From the NCBI GenBank assembly GCA_020850995.1, contig JADZDP010000016.1, forward strand, positions 420 through 64,419: a stretch of DNA of 64,000 bases. Reading direction: 5' to 3'. The position numbers and the translations under genes are program-made. The notes under the pieces were generated by a model, which saw nothing but the letters and a program-made list of their open reading frames with translations, did not search any database and was not told the DNA's origin. Below are positions 1 to 8,051 of this stretch, piece by piece (within the stretch, counting starts at the first letter, position 1; every line of letters begins with the position of its first letter). The stretch comes from Deltaproteobacteria bacterium. GTDB taxonomy: Bacteria; Myxococcota; UBA727; VGSZ01.

Positions 1-1
1 C

Positions 2-637
2 GAGGCCCTCGTTCACGTCACCGGTCTCGGGGTCGTCCAAGAGCTCCACGCCGGCCAGGGCGAGGTAGCGGTTGGTGTACTCTTCGCGGCTCGGCGTCGA
101 CAGGTCGTCGACGCTGACGCGCATGTCTTCTGGCATGGGCACGTGCGACTCGTCCTGCGACAGGCGGCGCTGCGGATCGGCCTCGTCGCGGCCGACGCCG
201 CCGTGGCAGTCGACGCACGCGACGTACGACCACGCGTGCGAGTTCTCGATGCCGCCCGAGGTCGACGAGGTGGCGAGGCCGTGGCACGCGATACAGGCTG
301 CGTCTTTGGCGCAGATGGTGGCGTTCGGGTTGGCGTCGCAATAGTCGCCGCCCTGGATGGGGGGCTCGTCTTCGCCTTCGCCGCCGCCTCCGTAGCCGTC
401 GCACTCGTGGCAGCGCCACTGGCCGACACCGTTGCCGCCGACGACGCAGTCACAGGGCAGGGAGCCGTCCGTGCAGGTGTACGGCAACTCGGGGATGTCG
501 CCGCAGTCTTCAGCGGGCACCTGATCCGGCGGCGGCGCCGGCGGGACCGGTTCTACCGGTGGCGGACAGCCCGTTCCGATGGCTGCCAACAGCCAGCTTG
601 CAGCGACCAAGAGCACCGAACATCTTAGTTTCCTCAC
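2..637 (-). CDS. Multiheme c-type cytochrome lipoprotein, 3'-truncated by the window edge
   Basis: Not in the ORF track because it has no stop in the window. Manual translation from GTG at 637 (GGAGG 6 nt upstream): MRKLRCSVLLVAASWLLAAIGTG-C lipoprotein signal, Pro-rich linker, Cys-rich segment, then CIACH and CVDCH. The frame stays open to the edge. Confidence 0.85.
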   Translation of the reverse strand, partial: MRKLRCSVLLVAASWLLAAIGTGCPPPVEPVPPAPPPDQVPAEDCGDIPELPYTCTDGSLPCDCVVGGNGVGQWRCHECDGYGGGGEGEDEPPIQGGDYCDANPNATICAKDAACIACHGLATSSTSGGIENSHAWSYVACVDCHGGVGRDEADPQRRLSQDESHVPMPEDMRVSVDDLSTPSREEYTNRYLALAGVELLDDPETGDVNEGL

Positions 638-724
638 GCATTACCTCCACATCGACGGCGATCGGAAGCGTAGCAGAGGATGTCAGTGGATCACCAGCGC
701 CGCTGACAACTATTTCCCTTGCGA

Positions 725-762
725 GAAAGCGGGTTGCGGGTGATGGTCGTCACCCCGCTTTC
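725..762. other. Intergenic stem-loop
   Basis: GAAAGCGGG (725-733) pairs with CCCGCTTTC (754-762); inner GTGA/TCAC stem (740-743/750-753). Confidence 0.6.
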
Positions 763-831
763 GTTCTCCGAGGGACGACGGACAGTTAGCGCCCTGGCCC
801 CTCGCTCGATTCCACGACCGGGGTCACTAGA

Positions 832-851
832 CATCGGTCGGATGACCGATG
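832..851. other. Perfect 8-bp hairpin or inverted repeat
   Basis: CATCGGTC-ggat-GACCGATG. Confidence 0.6.
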
Positions 852-922
852 CTGCGGGACCCGTGTATCCCTGCAACGAACCGTTCCCCATCCGTACCAA
901 GGGCCGCAGGGCGCCTCAAGCG

Positions 923-941
923 CTGGTGACAGACTGGTGAC
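923..941. promoter_or_regulatory. Direct repeat with 11-bp period, possible winged-helix response-regulator site
   Basis: CTGGTGAC at 923-930 and 934-941, upstream of the gene starting at 637. Confidence 0.3.
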
Positions 942-977
942 GCACGGCCCCTGTGCCGGCGCGCACGCCCAGCTCAT

Positions 978-3599
978 TCAGCGTGGCGTGTGGTGGCAGG
1001 CCGCGCACTTCTCGCTTTGGAACTCGTAGCCCGGCACGCCCTGGTGGTGCTCGGCCTCGATGGTCTCGTCGTGGCAGGTGGCGCAGATGACGGGGACGCC
1101 GACGCAGTTGCCCGTGAAGCGCGTGCCTCCGAGGTCGGTGTGGCACTGGCGGCAGTTGACCGCCCGGTGCGCGCCCGTGGAGATGGGGAAGCACACGTCG
1201 TGGGCCGTGAACTGGGCCGGCAGGAAGGTGGCGGCCACGTGGCAGTCGCGGCAGGAGCCGCTGGAGAAGGGCGGGCTGCGGTGATCCGTGGTGGCCTGGT
1301 TGGCCGCCACGACGTCGCGCTGGTGGCAGATGCCGCAATCGACCGCTGCGCGCGCGAAGGTGCGCTCGCGCTTCTCGAGGTGGCACTCGTCGCAGGGCAG
1401 GGCCGCGTGGCGGCCCGTGAGCGGGAAGTTCCCCATGCGGTGTGCGTCGACGTTGAAGCCCGGCGCGGTGAAGCCGTCGGTGCTGTGGCACGCCGCGCAG
1501 GCCAGGCCAAACTGCTGGCCATGCACGTCGGTGTGGCAGCCGGCGCAGGTCATGGGCACGGGCTTGGTGGGATCGCTGCCGTGGCAGATGCCGCAGCGGT
1601 TGGCCAGGTGCTTGCCCGTGAGCTCGAAGCCCGTGAGCTGGTGCTCGAATCGCGCCGGTGACCACCCGGTTGCCTGGTGGCACTCGCCGCAGTGCACCTC
1701 GGGCCCCGGTGACGCGGGCGCGACGTCTGCGGCGGTGGCCGCGGCCGGCTTTGGCGGCACGAAGCGGTCGTAGGCGCCCTTGTGTTGGTCGTCGTGGCAG
1801 GTGGTGCAGGCGGCGGGCAGGGGGCGGTAGCGGGCGAGCTTGGTGCCCTTGTTGTCGAGCGTTGGGTGGCAGCGCTCGCACTTGGCCTCTTGGTGCTTGC
1901 CCACCAGCGCGAAGCTCGTCTGCTTGTCGTGCTCGAAGGCGCCCGGCTTGAAGGCCTTGGTGGAGTGGCAGTCGCTGCAGTCGCGCGGCTTGGTGGCCGC
2001 GGCGGTGAATTGACCCACGTGGGCGTCGGCGTGGCACGACGAGCACGCGTAGGGCAGCAAGCGATAGGGCGTGGCCACTACCTCGTCGCCCTTGGGCGTG
2101 GGCGGCACGTGGCACGAGGCGCAGGTGGCCTCGGTGTGCTTGCCCGTGAGCGGGAAGCGGCTGTTGTCGTGCTTGAAGGTGGTCTCGGCGAAGGCCTTGG
2201 TGGTGTGGCAGTCGACGCATGCCTTCTTGGCGGCCCGCGTATCGGGCGGCTCTGCGGCCTTCTGGAATTGTCCGAGGTGCGGGTCGTCGTGGCACAGGTC
2301 GCAGTCGGCCTGCTGCACCTTGCCCTCGACCACCGCGACGACGTCGGGCATGCGAATGCGCGCCTGGCTGACCAAGAGCTGGCGCCCGCGCCGCGTGGCC
2401 TCGGCCTTGTCCTTCGGGCTGGTCTTCTGCAAGAGGCGCTGGTCGGGCTTGTGGCACTGCTTGCACGCCACCGTGCGGTGCGAGCCCTCCAGCGGGAAGT
2501 GCGTGGTCTCGTGCAGCTTGACGTCGAGGAGCACGGGGATGAAGCCGGTGACCTGGTGGCACTTCTCGCAGCGCACCGAGCCCTCGTCGAGCGGCATCTG
2601 GCCGAAGTGCGCGTCGAAGTGACAGTCGGAGCAGCGCCCGTACTTGACGCCCTTGTACTTGACGGGCTCGCTGCCGAAGGGGCCATGGCACAACTTGCAT
2701 GCCACGGACTGATGCTCGCCGCGCAGCGGGAAGCCGTATTTGTCGTGGAAGCTCGCGTTGATGCCCTTCTCGTTGATCGAGTTCCAGTCCTTGGGTGTAT
2801 GGCAACGCGCGCAGTTCGAGCCGTACGCGCCACGGTGGGGATCCTCGTGACACGCCACGCAGGACGCGTGCTCGATGTTCTTCACCTTGAGGTAGGTCTT
2901 GGCGCGCGGCTTGGGGAAGTCGGGCGCGGGCTTGGCGTCGGTGAGGGTCTCGTGGCAGTCACCGCACTTGACGTCTTTGTGCTTGCCGATGAGGGGGAAG
3001 CCACCCTCCTTCGGCTTGTTGTGGTCGAAGTCGGGCGCGTCCTTGAACTTCTCCGCCGTGTGGCATTTGTCGCAGCTCTTGCCCACCTGCCCGCGGTGCT
3101 CGTCGAAGTGGCAGGCCGCGCAGCGCTTGGACACGCCGAGGTAGGTCTCGCGGCCCACCTCCTTGACGAGGTTCTTCACGTAGGCGTCCTCGATGCGACG
3201 CAGCTCGTGGCAGTCCTTGCACTTCTGCTCTTTGTGCGGCCCGGTGAGCGGCCAGCCGGAGAGCCGGTGATTGAACTCGTCGCGCGAGGGCTTCCACTCG
3301 ATGATGCTCGCGTTGCGCCCGCGGTGCTCCTGGTGGCACTCGGCGCACTTCTGCGACTTGATCGACGAGTGGTAACCGGCGCCCGCCTCGAGGCGCTTGT
3401 TGATCTCGTCGTGGCACTCGAGACAGCGCTCGTCGCTGTGGCTGCTGCCCTCGATGTGGCACTTGGAGCAGCTCCGCATGCCCTCGAGCGAGGCGTGCGC
3501 CTTCGAGAGCGGCCCCGGGCTGAACACCTGCGCGCGCGCCACGCTCGCGCCGACCAGCGCCAGCGCAGCCACCAGCATGGCGGGTACGGCGAGGCGCAT
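978..3599 (-). CDS. 30-heme c-type cytochrome (cytochrome c3-like repeats), Sec signal peptide
   Basis: 873 aa. 30 CxxCH motifs counted by hand, arranged as repeated triheme modules. Signal peptide ending in AxA. Confidence 0.95.
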   Translation of the reverse strand: MRLAVPAMLVAALALVGASVARAQVFSPGPLSKAHASLEGMRSCSKCHIEGSSHSDERCLECHDEINKRLEAGAGYHSSIKSQKCAECHQEHRGRNASIIEWKPSRDEFNHRLSGWPLTGPHKEQKCKDCHELRRIEDAYVKNLVKEVGRETYLGVSKRCAACHFDEHRGQVGKSCDKCHTAEKFKDAPDFDHNKPKEGGFPLIGKHKDVKCGDCHETLTDAKPAPDFPKPRAKTYLKVKNIEHASCVACHEDPHRGAYGSNCARCHTPKDWNSINEKGINASFHDKYGFPLRGEHQSVACKLCHGPFGSEPVKYKGVKYGRCSDCHFDAHFGQMPLDEGSVRCEKCHQVTGFIPVLLDVKLHETTHFPLEGSHRTVACKQCHKPDQRLLQKTSPKDKAEATRRGRQLLVSQARIRMPDVVAVVEGKVQQADCDLCHDDPHLGQFQKAAEPPDTRAAKKACVDCHTTKAFAETTFKHDNSRFPLTGKHTEATCASCHVPPTPKGDEVVATPYRLLPYACSSCHADAHVGQFTAAATKPRDCSDCHSTKAFKPGAFEHDKQTSFALVGKHQEAKCERCHPTLDNKGTKLARYRPLPAACTTCHDDQHKGAYDRFVPPKPAAATAADVAPASPGPEVHCGECHQATGWSPARFEHQLTGFELTGKHLANRCGICHGSDPTKPVPMTCAGCHTDVHGQQFGLACAACHSTDGFTAPGFNVDAHRMGNFPLTGRHAALPCDECHLEKRERTFARAAVDCGICHQRDVVAANQATTDHRSPPFSSGSCRDCHVAATFLPAQFTAHDVCFPISTGAHRAVNCRQCHTDLGGTRFTGNCVGVPVICATCHDETIEAEHHQGVPGYEFQSEKCAACHHTPR

Positions 3600-3601
3600 G
3601 C

Positions 3602-6310
3602 TCAGCCGCCTCCCTGGAAGAAGAAGGCGCCGAACCCGTAGTACGCGGTCACCGCGACGTGGGCCGCGATCAGCACCACCATGAAGATGGCGGTGACGAC
3701 GTGGAACACCAGCCAGCTTCGGAAGATGCGCTTGAGCGTGGCGTAGAACGAGATCTGCATGCGCGCGCGCTGGATCTTCTCGAGCGAGTCCTTGAAGAAG
3801 TTGAACTGCTTGTCGTCGTTGAACAGCGGCCGCGCCTGATCGATCTGCTTGATGAGGGTCTGGCGCGTCTTGGTCTCTTTCATCATCGCCTGCGCCAGCG
3901 TCCGTTCGCGGGGCTGGATGGCGGCGAGGTCGAGGAGCTGGGTCACGGCCTTGACGTTCTTGGTCTGTTGGATGTGCGGCTGCAACACCTTCTCCATGTC
4001 GTTGACCTGCTCACGCAGATCATTGACCGCCAGCATCTTGCCCGCCTGCGCGGGCACCAGGCCGAACAGGAAGCGGCCGAAGATGCCGGTGGCGACGACG
4101 ATGGCGAGGGCCACCCAGGTCCACACCGCCAGCAGGTTGTTGACCAAGAAGGCCGCGTGGAAGGCGATGACCAGGGGGCTCATGATGCCGACGAACATAT
4201 GGAAGGTGAGCCAGGTGCGGATGGAGGCCTTGCCCTTGAGCGGCCGCCAGCGCTTGCGCAGGGCGTAGATGAAGTTGGCCAGCATGAACACGGTGGCGCC
4301 GACGCCCACGCCGTGGCCCCACAGCCCCGCCGGTTTCAGCAGGTCGTGCAGCGGCGCCTTGTTGCGCTCGTCGAGCGGCAGCCAGTAGTACTCGGAGCCG
4401 AGCAGGTAGCAGCCAACGTTGATGAGCACGCCCATGGCCGTGAGCGCCAGCGCCAGGCGCGTGCGCGTGCGCTTCTCCATGTCGGCCTTGGTCATGCCCT
4501 TGCCGCCGGCGACCTTCTCCTCGCCGTGGTACTTGCGCGACGTCACCTTGATGGAGGTGAGGAACTGCACGGGCAGCTCGCCGCCGATGGACACGATGAC
4601 GTCGTCGTTGGCCAGCACCGTCTCCTTGCCGTCGGTCTGCACCTCGGGCACGGCCACCTTGTGCAAGCCCGAGCCCACGCGCGCGGCGCGGTTGCCACCG
4701 TCGATGGCGTCGAGGGCCTTGGCGCTACCGCGCGCGATGACGTTGACGATGCCCTCGCGCCACAGGCCGGTGCGCGAGCGCGCGGCGCCCGGGGCCTGCC
4801 CTGGTGCCGGTGCGCCGGCTGCGCCCGCACCGCCGTGCAGCGCCGAGCCGCCACGGAACGGGTTGGCGCCCGCGCCCGCCGCCTTGCCGGGCAGGCCGGT
4901 GTTCGCGATGGTGAAGCGCTGTTTGGCGGCCGCCGCCGCCGCATCGACGTCGTCGACGCGGATGTCCATCACGGTCTTGGCGTTGGCGCGCGCGTCTTCC
5001 TCACCCACCAGCATGGACGCGTCGACCACGGCGGTGCCCGGGCGCGGCGGTCCCTTGGGGGCCTCGGGCGCCTTGGCCTTGTCGCCGCCCTTGCCCTTCT
5101 TGTCGTCGTCGCCAGAGGGGGCCAGGCGCACCGTCTTGGCGTCGATGCCCGTGACCTTGGTGCTGAAGTACGCCTTGATCTTGCCTTGATCGATGAGCGC
5201 CTTGATGTTGTCGCGGTTCCGCGGCTTGCAGCGCGAGAACGCGCCTTGCCGATAGGAGATGCTCACCTTGGCGGTGCTCTCCTCGGCGAGCTGGACGGCG
5301 GCCTCGACGGCGGAGTCGCCGCCGCCCACCACCAGTACGCTGCGCCCGTGGTACTGCTCGGGGTCGACGAGGCGGTAGGTGACCTTGGGGAGCTCCTCGC
5401 CCGCGCACTCGAGCTTGCGCGGTGAGCCGCGCAGGCCAATGGCGAGCACCACCGCGGCGCAGGCGATGCGCTCGCCGGCGGCCGTGACGGCGGTGAGGCG
5501 CGGCGCGTCCCCCTCCACGCTCACCACCTTCTTGCCTTCTTCGACGGCGAGCTTGTTGGACGAGATGACCTGGTAGATCTCACCCATCAGCTCTTCTTTC
5601 GAGAGGAGCTGGCGGCCGAAGGGGCCGAAGTTCGGCATCTTGACCTGCTCGGTCATCACCACCTTGCCGCGCGGGTAGTGCGCGATGGCGCCGCCCACGC
5701 TCTCCTGCTCGAGGATGCGCACGGACAGGCCGTTCTCTTGGCAGGAGATGGCAGCGGCGATGCCCGCCGGGCCTGCGCCCACCACCACCACGTCGGTGAA
5801 GTTGGGGCCGGCGTTGCTCTTCTTGACCTTTCCCTTGATGAACTTGCCGGCCACCAGGCCCTGGTAGAGGGCGTTCTTGATCAGGCCCATGCCGCTGATC
5901 TCGCCCACGATGAACACGCCGGCGCGGCTCGACTCGAAGTTCTCGTCGGTCTCGGGCAGATCGATGCCGCGCTCGGAGGTGCCGAACACGAGCTTGATGG
6001 CGCCCACCGGGCACTCGATGTCGCAGCGGGCGTGACCGATGCAGTCGGCGGCGTCCACCAGCGTTGCCACGCCGTCGACGACGCCGATGATGTCACCCTC
6101 GGGGCAGGCCTTGATGCAGGAGAACGAGCCCACGCACAGCGTGGGGTCGATGACCGGGTGCAGCGAGAGCGGCACCAATTGCCCCTCGGCCACCGCCAGG
6201 CGCAGGCGCTCGGCGCCCTCGCGTTCGGACTTCTTGCGCTGCATCAGCAGCACGATCACGGCCGCGGCCATGATCGCCAGGACAATTCCGGAGATGATCA
6301 GCTCGGTCAT
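3602..6310 (-). CDS. Membrane-anchored 2x[Fe-S] / FAD-NAD(P)H oxidoreductase (TrxB-like) fused to a His-rich multi-TM domain (putative heme b)
   Basis: Start re-assigned to MTELIISG (ATG 6310). N-terminal TM; CVGSFSCIKACPE and CIGHARCDIECP; GAGPAG and GGGDSA dinucleotide motifs; C-terminal TM helices with GHGVG, WLTFH, IAFH, WLVFH, IAAH. Confidence 0.9.
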   Translation of the reverse strand: MTELIISGIVLAIMAAAVIVLLMQRKKSEREGAERLRLAVAEGQLVPLSLHPVIDPTLCVGSFSCIKACPEGDIIGVVDGVATLVDAADCIGHARCDIECPVGAIKLVFGTSERGIDLPETDENFESSRAGVFIVGEISGMGLIKNALYQGLVAGKFIKGKVKKSNAGPNFTDVVVVGAGPAGIAAAISCQENGLSVRILEQESVGGAIAHYPRGKVVMTEQVKMPNFGPFGRQLLSKEELMGEIYQVISSNKLAVEEGKKVVSVEGDAPRLTAVTAAGERIACAAVVLAIGLRGSPRKLECAGEELPKVTYRLVDPEQYHGRSVLVVGGGDSAVEAAVQLAEESTAKVSISYRQGAFSRCKPRNRDNIKALIDQGKIKAYFSTKVTGIDAKTVRLAPSGDDDKKGKGGDKAKAPEAPKGPPRPGTAVVDASMLVGEEDARANAKTVMDIRVDDVDAAAAAAKQRFTIANTGLPGKAAGAGANPFRGGSALHGGAGAAGAPAPGQAPGAARSRTGLWREGIVNVIARGSAKALDAIDGGNRAARVGSGLHKVAVPEVQTDGKETVLANDDVIVSIGGELPVQFLTSIKVTSRKYHGEEKVAGGKGMTKADMEKRTRTRLALALTAMGVLINVGCYLLGSEYYWLPLDERNKAPLHDLLKPAGLWGHGVGVGATVFMLANFIYALRKRWRPLKGKASIRTWLTFHMFVGIMSPLVIAFHAAFLVNNLLAVWTWVALAIVVATGIFGRFLFGLVPAQAGKMLAVNDLREQVNDMEKVLQPHIQQTKNVKAVTQLLDLAAIQPRERTLAQAMMKETKTRQTLIKQIDQARPLFNDDKQFNFFKDSLEKIQRARMQISFYATLKRIFRSWLVFHVVTAIFMVVLIAAHVAVTAYYGFGAFFFQGGG

Positions 6311-6332
6311 CGGGTGGTCTTTTGCTGGGCCC

Positions 6333-8042
6333 TCAAAGGGAGCCGGTGACGGACACATCGGCCATGCCGTTGGTCGGCGTGGCCCGTACTTCGCCCCCGA
6401 GGGACGGCAAGGCTTGCGAGCCAAACAGGCGCGTGCGCACCGAGAGCCACGGCAGGATGGGCGCGTCCGCCCACACGCTCATGCCGAGCTCGCGATACCA
6501 ATCGCGAGGCGCCTCGCTCTCGTAGTAGGTGGCGCGGGTCGCGAAGCTCAGGAAGGGGAAGCGCAGGCGCGCCGACACCCACGCGTTGCGGCCGGGGATT
6601 CCGCCCGGCACCTCGACGTCGTTCTTGATCTTGGTGAGCCCGAACTCCTCGATGTAACCGAGCTGCATGCCGCCAGCGTCGCCGAACATGGTGGGCAGCT
6701 CGAGCTGCGGGCCCACGAAGGCGCGCGTGGAGTCCGATTGGGTGTTGTACGCGACGCTGCCGCTGGCGCCGAAGCCGAACCACGGCACCGGGCGGTAGGC
6801 GGTGAGCGCGCTCAGGTCGTGGCCGCCCTGGGCCCGCGGGATACTGGCGCCGTTGAAGTCGAGATCGAGGGGCGGTGCTGCGTTGTAGCGGTAGCCGGTC
6901 CACAGCGTGAGCTCGGGCACGACGCCGAGCCCGGCGTCGACGCTGGCGGCGTCGATGGAGGGCAGCATGTCGGCGGTGCCACCGATGCCGGTCTTGATGG
7001 AGCCGCCCACGTTGCCGACGCCGCGCCAGTACACCTGCGTCTGGGCCAGCGCCTCGCCACGCAGGTACTGGAAGTCGGGCGAGCTGATGACCCCCAGGCG
7101 CGCGCGCGGCACCACGGAGACGCCCTCCATGGGGCGCAGGTCGACGCCCACGTAGGCGCCGCCCGCCAGGCGATCGAGCGAGGGCGCGATGGTGATGAGG
7201 TCGGGGATGGCGCCAGCGTAGAGGCCGACCTCGGTGGTGTCGTCGAGGAAGCGCAGGCCGGCCTGCGCGCCGTCGAGCAGCAGCACGCCGGGCACGTTCT
7301 GGGCGTAGAAGCGACCGAGCTGGCCCACCACGAAGCCGTCGCGCATGCCCACCGACAGGCCCCAGACGTAGAGCTCGACGAGCTCGCCCGGGCGCGCGCG
7401 CTGGTTGTTGGGCGCGATCAGATCGCTGTTCACCCGGAACGAGGCGCTGGTGAAGAACTGCGGCGCGGCGCTGAAGCCCACGTCGAAGTAGCCGTCGACC
7501 GAGGTGCGCCCATAGGTGCCGTTCGGCGTGGTGGAGGCGTGCCACAGCTCTTGGCGCAGCGTGGTGCGGCCCTGGAGCGCGATGCCCGCGCTCGAGACGT
7601 CGTGCTTGACGCGCTCCACCGGGAGCTGCGCGAGCTGTTCGCGCAGCTCGCGCTCTTGGCCCGCGCTCATCATGGGCGGCAGCACCTTGGGCTCTGGCTT
7701 GGCCGCCTCGGGCGGCGGCGTGAACGCGAAGGTGAACTTGTCGCCCGGCGCGGCGCGATCGCTGCTGCACAGGGCCGCGGTGGGCGACACCTCCACCACC
7801 TGGCAGGGGCCCACCGGCTTGCTGCGCCGCGAGAGCTGCAATTCTTGGCCCACGGCGACGCCCTGCTTGGCGCCCACGTCGAGGTAGGCGGCCTTGGCCG
7901 TGGTGTACGTGACCTGGCCGTCGGTGGCGGCGGCCGTCAGGCTGACGATGGCGGAGAGCCCGACGACGCTGCTGAGCACCAAGAAACTCCGCGGACCAAG
8001 GGGTGGGTGGTCATGTTGCGACAGACCCCCCGTCCGGATCAA
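6333..8042 (-). CDS. Probable outer-membrane beta-barrel with a small N-terminal FlgT_C-like domain
   Basis: 569 aa, TTG start (exact start uncertain). Hydrophobic signal-like segment; YLDVGAKQGVAVGQELQLSR domain; alternating amphipathic strands up to the C-terminal ADVSVTGSL. Lies between cytochrome genes. Confidence 0.7.
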   Translation of the reverse strand: MIRTGGLSQHDHPPLGPRSFLVLSSVVGLSAIVSLTAAATDGQVTYTTAKAAYLDVGAKQGVAVGQELQLSRRSKPVGPCQVVEVSPTAALCSSDRAAPGDKFTFAFTPPPEAAKPEPKVLPPMMSAGQERELREQLAQLPVERVKHDVSSAGIALQGRTTLRQELWHASTTPNGTYGRTSVDGYFDVGFSAAPQFFTSASFRVNSDLIAPNNQRARPGELVELYVWGLSVGMRDGFVVGQLGRFYAQNVPGVLLLDGAQAGLRFLDDTTEVGLYAGAIPDLITIAPSLDRLAGGAYVGVDLRPMEGVSVVPRARLGVISSPDFQYLRGEALAQTQVYWRGVGNVGGSIKTGIGGTADMLPSIDAASVDAGLGVVPELTLWTGYRYNAAPPLDLDFNGASIPRAQGGHDLSALTAYRPVPWFGFGASGSVAYNTQSDSTRAFVGPQLELPTMFGDAGGMQLGYIEEFGLTKIKNDVEVPGGIPGRNAWVSARLRFPFLSFATRATYYESEAPRDWYRELGMSVWADAPILPWLSVRTRLFGSQALPSLGGEVRATPTNGMADVSVTGSL

Positions 8043-8051
8043 CCTGCGCGA

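Noticed and set aside
13-628. ORF-track entries 13-453, 18-419, 72-344 and 143-628
   Set aside because: Wrong frames. The real gene is the unlisted minus-strand frame starting at 637 with heme motifs.
780-830. GCTCGATTCC resembling a tRNA T-loop
   Set aside because: No cloverleaf, acceptor stem or anticodon arm can be built around it.
660-920. GEMM-I (c-di-GMP/cGAMP) riboswitch upstream of the cytochrome gene
   Set aside because: The expected GNRA tetraloop/receptor and GCAAA/GGAAA-GCC core were not found by eye; kept only as an unassigned structured leader.
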